Assembly (NCBI GenBank): GCA_965112155.1
Contig: OZ218104.1
DNA length: 64,000 nucleotides
Strand: one strand, 5' to 3'
Source of the DNA: Podarcis liolepis
Taxonomy: Eukaryota
Of the stretch, positions 9,648 to 20,396 are shown one piece after another (the stretch's first letter is position 1; every line of letters begins with the position of its first letter). Both the position numbers and the translations under genes were made by a program. The notes beneath the pieces were generated by a model that saw only the letters and a program-made list of their open reading frames with translations, had not been told where the DNA came from and searched no databases.

Positions 9648-12600
9648 CTTGGAAAAGGAGGGACAGGTAGTGTTAAAAGAAGCAGGGCAAAGGTTCATCA
9701 AAGACAGACCAGCTAACTAAGATAATGGAGCAATAAAAAGGCAGCTTTTCGCTTATATGGCTGCGCTTGCCAGCGGTACATCTATCACTGTTGCCTTTAA
9801 AACAGTTTCCTCAATGTTGCAAGCAGATTTGAAAGCACAGATATCCAAGAGAGCATTTAACGAAGCAGGTTGCTTCACCTGTCTCATTCCATCCTACAAG
9901 CATACTCATATTCTTTTACGTACGCATGGAAACTCATCATCCCTGACCACTGGACATGTTGGCAAGGAATAATGGGAGTTGTAGTCCAACAACACCTGGG
10001 GATTTAAGGTTGAGAAAGGCTGATCTAAAAAACAGTAAACAACCAAACAGGCAAAATGCCTCAGGTGGAAGTTCTATAATTTGAGTACCATCCACAAGAA
10101 GCCCACTCTTTAGCAGCTACCTGCTGTACCTCCAGAAAGTCGGGAACACCCAGTGAGGGAGCTTCTAAGATCTTAATTGACAGGAAGGTTTATGGCATGA
10201 TTTCATGATTTTGGAAGGGGAAACGGGGTGAATACTATTGCAGGGCAGATGTGGGAAAGGCTCAGGATAATATTGCTAAATGCCACTAGAATAGTTCAGT
10301 GGATTCTGGAAAGACAAAGCTTCCAACAGCCCTGTAAGATCAACAAAGCTAGTTAAGTTCCAAAGAGACAGGTACTCTCACCAGCCTGCTCACCTGGATT
10401 GGATCTGGTCCCCGGGATTATAAAAGGGGTTGCACATGACATCTGTGAAAGAATTATGCAGCTTCCTGAACATCTGAAAAGGGAAGAACCACTTCAGTGA
10501 CCAGAATGTAGGCATCAATTAGTCTTGAGTAAGCAGAAGGAAGTTCTACTTTGACTGGCTCCCTGCAGCTGCCCTGTACTTACACTGCGGATTTCGTTGT
10601 CCCTGAGTGCCGTGTTGGAAGAATCCACCACCATCACAAACTTCACCTTGGAATTGGTCACGTAGCCATATCTGCTTCAGCAGTCAAGGTCTATTTTTAA
10701 GAATATATGAAGCCACCTCACGCACAGTCAGGCCATTGGTCCATCATCTCTCAGTACTGTCTATACCAGGGGGGTTAATCTGAAGCCCTCCTGAAGATCC
10801 CAGCTCACATCAGCACTGGCCAGAATAGCCAGTGGTTGAGGACAATGGGAGTTATAGTTAAGCAACATTTGCGGTGGGGGGCACAATTTAGCTACCACTG
10901 GTCTACACTGACTGGCAGCAGCTTTCCAGGGCTCCAGACAAGAATCTCTCAGCCTTTTCTGGAGAGGCCAAATAAGTCTGTGCTCCATCACTGAGCCTTT
11001 AACAAATAAACACAAAACAACTGGGTTATGCTAAACACTTCCTAAGCAAAGAGCAGCTTGCCCACATGTAACTGGGTTCAGACTGAATACACAGCAGCTC
11101 CCTGCACTGTCACTCCTTCTGCAAGCCCAACCCACACCCTATTTAAACCAATCGACTTTAGATTTCAGTTCCAGGGGCTCCTGTGGTATCACATTCCAGA
11201 TTTGTCCTTCAACTGGATGAACAAGTTGCTTGGTAGCGGCTGTTGACTGCACAGCCTTAAGGCCACAGAGCAGTTGCATGCAGCCTTAACCACTGTTTAA
11301 CTTCTAAACTACATAGGAGACTGCCTATGCTGAGTCAGCCATTGGTCCATCAAGCTCAGTAATGCCTGCACTGACTGGCAGCTCTCTAGTTTTCCCAGCT
11401 CTACCTGGAAATGCCCCTATCTGGGACCTTCTACATACAAAGTTAGTGCCTTACTACTGAGCTATGACCTTTCTCTATATATCAAAGCACACAATACTAG
11501 TTTAAAGCTAAACAGCAACAGATCCAACTAAATTCAGGTGCTGCAGCCCAGCTGTGATCAGAACTTTACCCTCCTTTAAGTTCTCTTGGAATAATGAAGC
11601 AAGACTGCAAGAAGGGAACCTGAGAAACAATCACATAGCTGCAGAGCTGGAAGGGATCTTGAATGTGATCTAGGCCAACTCCTCATTCAACCCAAAAGGC
11701 ATCTAAGATACACTTTGTAGTCTTCAGTTGGGTAGAGCAACCCCAGGTAGAGCTCTCTCTGGTCCACAAGAGCTTTTCCCATAGCAGAGATTTTCTCATC
11801 CACAACATCAAGAGACGTGTGGACTGTGTAGTGGAACTTCAGTTCATTTTCTGTCGGAATGCTCTTGATGTACAGAGGATAGTTCTAGAATGAAAAAACA
11901 AACCACCAAGTTACTGAACTATGAAGTGATCCAACTGATCTACGCAGTTCTAACTCCCTCTCCCACAACAGGATTCTAAGTAGTACCTTTTCAGACCGAT
12001 TTTAACACAGAATCCAAATCAGACACCTATCTCAATCAAACCAGGTGCAAGCCCCCGACAACTGGTTCACAGCTGGAAGAACTCAAATCCCCAAGCAAAG
12101 GTCACATTTTTAAATACATGCTTTCCAGGAGTGGAAGTTCTCTGGAAGAGCTCCAGTTCGCCTAGCCAGTCAGGGCAGAACCAGCCTTTGAGCCCAGTCG
12201 TCGGCATCGGCTCAAAGGCGTACTGACAAGAATGTGCCCAAAAAGTTTGACAGTTTTCCACATACAGTTCATATATGAATTAGGTGCTTTGCTTCCTCCC
12301 CTGATTCCCCTCCCTGATTATTACTTGGGAAAGGAGAAGAAAACCTGACGAAAACCAGCTCCTCATCATGGTTGTCATTGCAACCCATTCACTTGTCCTT
12401 CTACCTTTAATGCACAACCTTCACCACTGCCCGGAGAGAGAGAGAGCACAAATTTAACAGAGGCTGCTGCAGCTGTTGCTCCTTTCTTGCTTATTGAATG
12501 CAACCGAATGGGAAGTGACAACAAGGGAGGAGCTGGGGGCTCCAGGGATCAGCAGTAGTCCCTGCTGAGGTGTCAGCCTCAGAAGGTGCCAAAGATAACA

Positions 12601-13267
12601 GCCCTGCTTTAAGAACATAGCATAAGAGTCTGACAGGCTCAGTCTGGTCCATCTACCAGTGTTTCTTAACTTTGGGTCCCCAGATATTGTTGGACTACAA
12701 CTCCCATCATCCCTGAGCTCTGGCCTTGCTAGCTAGGGATGATGGGAGTTGTAGTTCAACATCTGGAAACCCAAGGTTGAGAAAGGCTGATTCTAGTCCA
12801 ACATCCTATTATCAAAGTGGCAAACCAGATGCCCCAATGGGAAGCCCCACAAGCAGGACGTGATGCAAGAGCACCTCTCCCATCCTGCTGTTTCCAGCAA
12901 CTGGTACTCAAAGACAACCTGCCTCTGACAGTGGAGAAAGAGCATAGCCATTAATAGCTTTTCCTGCTCCATGAATTTGTCCGACCCCTTTTCAAAGCCA
13001 TCCAAGTTGGTGGCCATCACTACATCTTGTGGCAGAGAGTTCCATAGACTAACTAGCTACGTACCCTTTGCGGGGGGGGTAGAGTAGCAGAAGAGAGGAT
13101 TTACCCTCATTCCCTGGTTAACGGCTTCCCAGGAATGTCTGAAGGCAATTCTTGTGTTCCCCCGCCCTTACCCTTCCTCTCTCCCTCCCCCACCCGCCGC
13201 CCCGTCCCTCAATTGCCCCTGCCCGGTCTCCCACCTCCTTGGCGATCACAGCAATACAAACCGCCAT
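9602..13267 (-). CDS. TRAPPC2L: Trafficking protein particle complex subunit 2-like, 139 aa; complement(join(9602..9647,10394..10473,10584..10671,11712..11884,13235..13267))
   Basis: Spliced translation [139 protein letters not shown]; 420 nt in frame; sedlin-like family. Confidence 0.97.
10394..10473 (-). CDS. TRAPPC2L: TRAPPC2L coding exon 4
   Basis: cttcccttttcag| acceptor; 80 nt; sedlin-family NPFY motif; donor |gtgagc. Confidence 0.95.
10584..10671 (-). CDS. TRAPPC2L: TRAPPC2L coding exon 3
   Basis: accttgactgctgaagcag| acceptor; 88 nt; donor |gtaagt. Confidence 0.95.
10767..10900. mobile_element. Palindromic hAT-type MITE inserted in a Squam3-like SINE (host ~10710-11000, minus)
   Basis: CAG...CTG termini; 8-bp TSD GTCTATAC (10759-10766) / GTCTACAC (10901-10908). 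Confidence 0.6.
11312..11470 (-). mobile_element. Squam3-like SINE copy
   Basis: Reverse complement of the SINE head (..agctcagtagtaag..gaaggtccca..) and tail (..tgatggaccaatggctgactcagcataggcag..). Confidence 0.55.
11712..11884 (-). CDS. TRAPPC2L: TRAPPC2L coding exon 2
   Basis: ttctag| acceptor; 173 nt; donor |gtatctta (U12-like). Confidence 0.95.
12610..13050 (-). mobile_element. CR1-group LINE 3' fragment interrupted by a palindromic MITE at 12657-12789
   Basis: The minus frame gives [17 protein letters not shown], like a CR1 ORF2 C-terminus. The MITE has inverted arms ggactacaactcccatcatccct / agggatgatgggagttgtagt. Confidence 0.65.
13235..13267 (-). CDS. TRAPPC2L: TRAPPC2L coding exon 1
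   Basis: aagATGGCG start; [11 protein letters not shown]; donor |gtggga. Confidence 0.95.
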
Positions 13268-13823
13268 CTTGGATACTGGTGGGTTCGCTTCGTCCCTCCC
13301 TCTTTTACGTAACAGCATCTTTGCCCTTACAGTATTTACATTCACGTGATCGGAGAACCAATGAGCCCAGCGGACCACGGCTCCGCCTCCGCGGCTCTGC
13401 GCACGTGACTTTCCTCAGGCGCGAGTGAATGAGCCGGCCCAGACTCTTGCTCCTACATAGAGACTGCAGGCGAGGGTTACCAGGCAGTCTCCTCCCACTT
13501 CCAGCTTTTTTTGAACAGCATATCCGCTGCCGCCATATGCGGGGCCAGGAGCAATTATTTCACCTATATTTACAAAACTCCCATATTGTGGGTGGGTTAC
13601 TACATATAATTAAAACTATACCATATGCCAAAAGTGTGGCGTGGGCTCTTTCCTTCTTTCTAAAGTGCTCCCTCTTGAGTCCCGCCCATGTCTTTAACTC
13701 AGCGCGTTCAATGGAGAACCGGTAGTGACTTTCTAGTTACCCTGAGTGTTCCCACGTGCCCCTTGGGCCGTTCCCTCTTCCCCAACTTTTTTTCGGACTC
13801 GCGGTGGGCTTGGAGTGGTTGCC
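13268..13823. promoter_or_regulatory. Bidirectional CpG-rich promoter shared by TRAPPC2L and GALNS
   Basis: Divergent ATGs at 13267(-) and 13824(+); local CpG enrichment; E-box/CLEAR-like TCACGTGA (13342-13349), GCACGTGAC (13401-13409) and CACGTG (13753-13758); CCAAT at 13358-13362. Confidence 0.85.
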
Positions 13824-13928
13824 ATGGAGACGAGACTGCTTCTGCTGCTGGGCCTGTGCGGCCTGGGCAGGGCCGCCAACACCACTCTACCACGACCCCC
13901 TAACTTGGTCTTGCTGTTGATGGACGAT
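13824..13928 (+). CDS. GALNS: GALNS exon 1 (signal peptide ... LLLMDD)
   Basis: gccATGG Kozak context; [35 protein letters not shown]; |gtgagc. Confidence 0.93.
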
Positions 13929-16900
13929 GTGAGCCTGAGAAGGGGAGGTGGCAGGGGAAGGAGGGATGGTTCCTGCAAGTGGGGAGGGGGCATCCTCCTC
14001 TCGTGAGGAAAAGGGGTCAGGAGGAGAAAGGGAGCCTGGGAAGGGGCCACCTCTCTGGGGAGCGCTGGGTGGGTCTGCTTCTTGGAGGAAGTGGGGTGCT
14101 GAGAGTAGCATTGCTTCCATTGTGGAGCCCATTTGGTAGGTGTGAAACATTTGAGAGGGTGTATATGTGGGGGTGTCTGTCATTTACACATACACTGGTA
14201 GTTTTTGTGTGTGTGTACTGTATTAAACAATGTGCATATATATGTATGTGTGTGTAATGTATGAATTTGCATTAGACAGTGTGGTGCAGTGGTTAGAGAG
14301 TCAAGACCAGGAGCGGAGAGACCAAGCTTCAAATTCCCCCTCAGCCATAAAACTTTCCGGATGACATTTGGCCTGTAAGCCTAAGCTACCTCTGCCTGTA
14401 GTAAGCCTAAGCTACCTCACAGCGTTGTTGTGAGGATAAAATGAGGAGATGGAAGAGAACCACTTATGCCCCCTTGAGCTCCTTGGAGGAGAGGAGGGAT
14501 AGAAATCAATTAAATAAATAAGTGTGATATGTATTAGAAAATGGCTCCAGTAAATTAACAGAAGCCTAGTTCTAGGATTATACCATCCATATACATGAAT
14601 GTTAACACACATATATACAGGCACCACCACATCAATGAATGTTGGTCAAAAGACAATTCCCTGCCCCAAGGAGCTTCCATTCTGAATTTTGATAGAGAGG
14701 AAGAGTTACCATGAAGCTCTGATATCCCAGTGTCTGAAGAGCTGACCTTTGGCACTGAGGCATTAAAGGTAATATCAGTTGCTTTCAAAACACTATGGTG
14801 CTTTATCTTTGGGGGTCAATTTGCACATTATTACATTTATTAAAATTATGTTTATATTTTCCTCCAAGGAGCTCAAAGTGACATACATACTTCTCTCACT
14901 CATTTTATCCTCACAACAACTCTGTGTGAGGTAAGTTAGGCTGAAAATTACAATGAGGTCTCATCCAGACTTCCCTTTCTGCTGCATTTTTAGGCACGGG
15001 CCCATGCTTTAAAGCACTGTGTCTGAACACTTTTTTTTCTGTCCCTGGCACTTTCCTCATGAAAACACATTCTTTGCCCCTGAATCGGAGCAAACAGCAA
15101 TCTCTGGAAAGCCCAAATTGTCATTTGTTCAATGCTGAAGACCAGGTTTTCCTGGGGAAGGTAGTGGGGCAAAAATAATACAGTAATCGGTTACTTGTTG
15201 ACCTAGCTCTTCAAACCTCTTTTTGAGTTACAGTTTCTCCACCCCTTCCACAAGATGGAAGAGAGAGGAATGGTTTCCCTTTAAGGCAGTGATGGGGAAC
15301 CTCCAACCCATGGGCCAAATTTGGCCTGGGAGGCTCTTTACCCTACACCATGCCCACTTGCCACACACCTGGCATATTTCAGTAGTCAAGGCATGACTGG
15401 ATTTACTGCAGAACCGATTTCTTAATGGAGAATTCCATTACATAGCTGATTCCTACAGAAAGCAACTTCAAAGGCACCAGCTGTCAACTGATAGGCAGTG
15501 ACTACAAGCCTGCTGATCAGTAGCACTTTAACACACCACACACATCTCTTTGCAAGCCCTTTGTGGCAACAGTTATCACCTTATGTCATTGTGACAGAAT
15601 TTGTCCCATGAGGAGTTGGAGAGATGAAGACCTGGTCTGCAGCCTAGATCAGGTTCCCCAAACCTTCTTTAAGGACTGGTTTTGAGTGTTGGAGGGGCGT
15701 CCCAAAGCAGTTATGTGGCACGAAGTAGGCAGGAAGGCTATGAAAAATGTTCCTTTGGGTGCTGGATGCTCATTTGAGGCAAATGGCTTATCTGCTGGAG
15801 TATTGCAGTTTGATGCAGAATCCCTGCCTTGGTATGTAAGCTGGGCTGTAATTCTTTTGTAAGATGACATGACATTGTCCTGATGAAAGATAGGAGGGAA
15901 ACACCATAAATGTATGAATAGGCTTCTGGGCCAGCTTGGAGTTTGCCAAGTTTTGCAGAGATTGTGTTGGTGGTGGAGGAATGGGGTGTTACAAATAAGT
16001 TGTGTGAAGTACATTTCTAAATAAATGAGGTTTATTTCTAAATAATAAACTGTATGAAATACACGATGTGGGGGCCTGGGAAAGGGCCTTTTCAATGGAA
16101 CCCTCTCCTTCCTGGCCTAATTTCTCAGTGGTTTTAGGTGGCTAGTTAGGACACATTTTTTTCAGGGTTTCAGCAGTGATTTTTTTGTTATGTGTTTTTA
16201 AAGGATTGGGTTTTTTATAGATTTTTAACTGTCTGCCTTGTGGTAAACTGCCCTGTGGCTTATGCAAAGGACAGTATAAACCATTCAGAAATAGAGAGCT
16301 AGCAGCTGGAACCATTGTTCTTTGAGCTGGAAATTTTGCGCAAGGTTGCCTATTCTGCAGCTTCTATCAAGTGTTTAGATATTCCTCTCCCTTTTGTCTC
16401 AAGTGGAGCAATCCTTTCGCTTTTCACCTTTATTGCTGGCAAGAAGTAATAAATAACTACTCGTGTGCTATTAATCTGAACGTCACCATTTTGGATTTCC
16501 TTTGCCATCAATGCACTATATGGCCTTAGTCAAGACTAACATATGTATTAAGCTGCTGCAATCCTTATTGCGCCACTGCATTTCTTTCAGCACAGACCAA
16601 TATAGTTGTCCATATGAGATTCAGTAAGCTACTCTTTCACATCTGACATATGCGAATAAAAGACCCAAGTATTACAGGGCTGTTGTCATATAAGAGTGCG
16701 CACTTTGAACACTTGAAAAAACTATCCCTCATACAAGGGTCACAAATTTGCTAAGTCCTACTGAAGTGAGGAGGATTGTGCACAGTGGACACTGCTTGTC
16801 TCAGTAAAAGGCTTAGCAATATGAACTTGCTACAAGAGTTCAGGTCTGGGGCCTCGGTCTGTTTTTGAGCACCTCGTGATTGTGATTCATAAGCCATTTT

Positions 16901-19900
16901 AGGGAAATTATTCCACTGCTCTGCTGACCGTAGTGTTAGAAAAATGCTTTCTAATGTGTTTCTTGCATTTCTTTTTAGTTTCAGGCTATTACTCTTTGCA
17001 CTCTGTTTTTAGCTGCTTGAAATTGTTGGTGTAATTTTTTTTCCCCTTAAAAAGGGGGCTCCTGTTGATTTGAGTATTTTCCTATGCTACAAAAAGGTTC
17101 TCATCCCCTCACCCTCCTTTCCTTATTATGTTCAGTAAATATGTGTCAAGAAAAAGTTGCAGTTGAAGCAGGAATGAGTGTTTTAGCTGCAGGTGCCAGC
17201 AAGGACAAGCTAGGTATGGTGCCATTTTCCAAAAGGTTGGAAGTTCTCTTGATTTTGCCCCATCCCAGGGGGGGATTCATGCAACTACCACAAAACAACT
17301 TGCTTCATCAAGCCATACATAATTTGTGTTAAGAATGAATTCACTCACAAAGTTGGGGTCATGAATTTGAAAGGAGGATTAGGGGGAAATCATGGAGAAT
17401 TGGTCTATCAATGGCTATTGGTCTTTACAGTTAGAAATGGAACTTCTGTGTTCAGAAGCAGCATATTTGTGATTGCTTGTCACTGAAAGCATACAGCAGT
17501 GAATGGCTTATTTGCATCTTGCTCAACTTTTGAGCTTCTCTGGGGCATCAGACTGACCATTGATAGAGACAGAATACTGGACTCTGTGAACCTTTGATCT
17601 GACCCAGCCTGACATTTCATACAGAAGGGTTTCTGAAAATGTGATGCAGTTCTTCCCACAGAGGTGTTGCCAGGGATGGCGTGATCTGCTTCTTGGCTTC
17701 ACCCATAGTGTGTTTTGTCAGCTGGATGCTGCCAGCACACCTCCTATTGTACAAAACTGGAAATGGTGACTAACCTGTTCCTTGTGTTTCTGAAGGTCAC
17801 TTGACACTGTTCTCTCCCCTTCGCTGCCCTGTAATAATCCATGTTGCTTCCATGAAGCTGAAAAGGCTGCTGAGCAGTGGAAATCATTGTACAATGTGCT
17901 TGGGTATTACAGTGGTGGATGCTACAGTAAAGTTTTTAAATAGCTGAATGATAAAAATGTACCCTAGTCCTTTCAACTAATTGTCGTTTATTTGTCTTGT
18001 GTCCTGGTATTTCTTCAGATGGGCTGGGGTGACCTAGGTGTTTTTGGGCATCCTTCCAAAGAAACCCCAAATATAGACCAGATGGCTGCAGAAGGAATGC
18101 TTTTCCCAAGCTTCTACACTGCCAACCCCCTTTGTTCTCCATGTGAGTAAACTCCAAAGCTCTAGAGAAGCAGTGCTGTCTAGGGGGTGGAGAGTTGGGC
18201 TTGGTACAAATCGTACCTCTGTCATGAAATCACATTAGGCAAATTGCTGTCTTCAACTTCTAAAGATTAAGATTGCAAATCAAATGTGCTTTGATAAATA
18301 ATAGTAGCAGTACTAGAACCTAATACTCTAGGAACACATTTTCTTAAAGAAAAATAATAGCAGAAATTGTTATGTTGGAGGGCCTTATAATACTGGTAAC
18401 TGTTTCCTCGAAATGCCTCCAAGCTATCCCCCAGCCACACGGACTGAGATTGTGGTAACTGGATGTGATGAAATAGTAAAATTGAAGCAGGAAGGATGTT
18501 GTCTAAGAAAAGAAAGTCACCCAACTGATATATACAGTTACTTCTGTGTGCCCCCACCCCTTGCTTTTCTCTCCTCAGCAAGAGCAGCACTCTTAACTGG
18601 TCGTCTCCCCATCAGGAATGGCTTCTACACCACAAATGCCCATGCCAGAAATGGTATGTCCTTCTTTTCCAGCAAATGAGCCTATACTTTTGCAACCCAA
18701 ATGTTGGGGTCTTGCTTCAAGTTCCCCCACTAAAGACACATTTATTTATTTATTCATTCATTCATTCATTCCTTAACAAAATGTATATATACCTCCAGGC
18801 AGTTTACAATAGGCTGCAATCCTAAGCACATTTACTCAGAAATTAATCTTTTTTGAGACCATGGAAGTAATTGCCAGGCTTAGAATCAGGGTTGTATTGC
18901 AAACAAATAGGCCTGGTGTTGCTAGTCCAGCTAAGAGGGTTTATAGGATCTTGAATGAACCTGCACATGTTACTGACTGTCATGACGGCCTCTTCTCTGC
19001 ATGCAAACTGAGGAGAGAAATAGGTTCCACTCTTCACTTGAGGACAAACTGCAGTTTCCTGTTATAGACAAACTACAGGAACTGTAGTTCATTCTAACTA
19101 GTTAAAACAAATCAATCAATCATGGTTTAATAGTCGGCTTTGTTAACTAACCAGGGTCAGAATAAACCATAGTTCCCTGAATTTGTACACAACAGAGAAG
19201 TGCAATTTGTTTCAAAGGGAAAGCAGAAGCATTCTCTCTTCTCTGCTCGCATGCAAAGAGGGCAAGTGTGAAAGCCTGAGGCTTATGAAAGCTTGCTTGC
19301 GATCATCTTAACTATGATACAGATAGTAGCCTGAAGCAGACCTAAGACTTCCTGCATAAAGAGAATGTCTCCAAATGTTCCTGCTACAGTACAAATTCTA
19401 GTGCTCAGGTTGTTAAATCTGTTTTTGCTTTTGCTGCTAAAGAAGTTGTTTTATTGGATAGGTTAATTAAGATTCAGCAAAAGGCGGGTGGAGTGAAGAG
19501 AAGAGTTGCATGTTATTATGGAAGGTTAGCAATATGTTTGAAATACACTCTTATAGAAATATGTTCTTCCTCCTAAGCCAGGCAAGGGCGTCTGGAGGGC
19601 ACTACCAAGCTGTCCACAATGAGTGCTTTGCTCTAGCGCTCCTGTTGGGAGGTGCCAGCTTGAGCTGATTTGCGGCTGATCTAGTTGGTGTTAGGGTTGT
19701 TTGTTCCAAAATGGCAGATGCTGTAGGAGACCATATGTTTTAGAGCATGCATTTACAGCTCCGGATTGGTGCTGCATATTGGCAAGTGTGGGTGTTCATC
19801 TCTTAGCTGACAGTAGAGGGATGCTTGTATATTAGAAGTCCATAAGAAGTATGGAAGAATGCATGCATTTAAAATTAGCTAACGGTTTGAGGCCTGATCT

Positions 19901-20343
19901 GCATGTCCTTTGTTTGTTTGAGGCATGAAAGGGGGCTTGTCACCTAATTCTGAGCAATCCACCATGTAGCTTGTTACTGTCTGCATTGATGACTGGTGGC
20001 TGTTCAGGGCTTCGGGAGAAGTTTACTGCAGGCCTACTTTTCCATGTTCTTATTTTTAAAGAGCAACATCAAAGGTTGAGTCTTTAGAGCATGTGTTCTG
20101 CCACTGATGTACTGAGGCAGGGAATCCCCAGGGTCTTTAGATAGAATTTATTTTAGTCCTCCTAACTACCAGCAATGTTGGTGGCTGACCCTGTTAGCCA
20201 TTCAGCTGTGGTACCTCCCTGATCTGCAGGCTGCAGTTTTTCTCATTTGGGAACAATAGAATGAACAGAAAACTGAGATATGCTTTAAAGCAGGGGGGGC
20301 ACCTGTGAGCTCCTAGCCTAATTTCATTCAGCTGGGGGGAACC

Positions 20344-20396
<53 letters not shown>

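Noticed and set aside
12657-12789. Strong hairpin that could be taken for a pre-miRNA
   Set aside because: It is a palindromic MITE family with several degenerate copies in this window (e.g. ~9930-10020, 26436-26590, 33664-33790, 61115-61250).
19585-19650. CTCF-like motifs (GTCTGGAGGGCACTA; CCAACAGGAGCGCTAG on the minus strand)
   Set aside because: Each needs mismatches or a gap at core positions; not supportable without a PWM scan or ChIP data.
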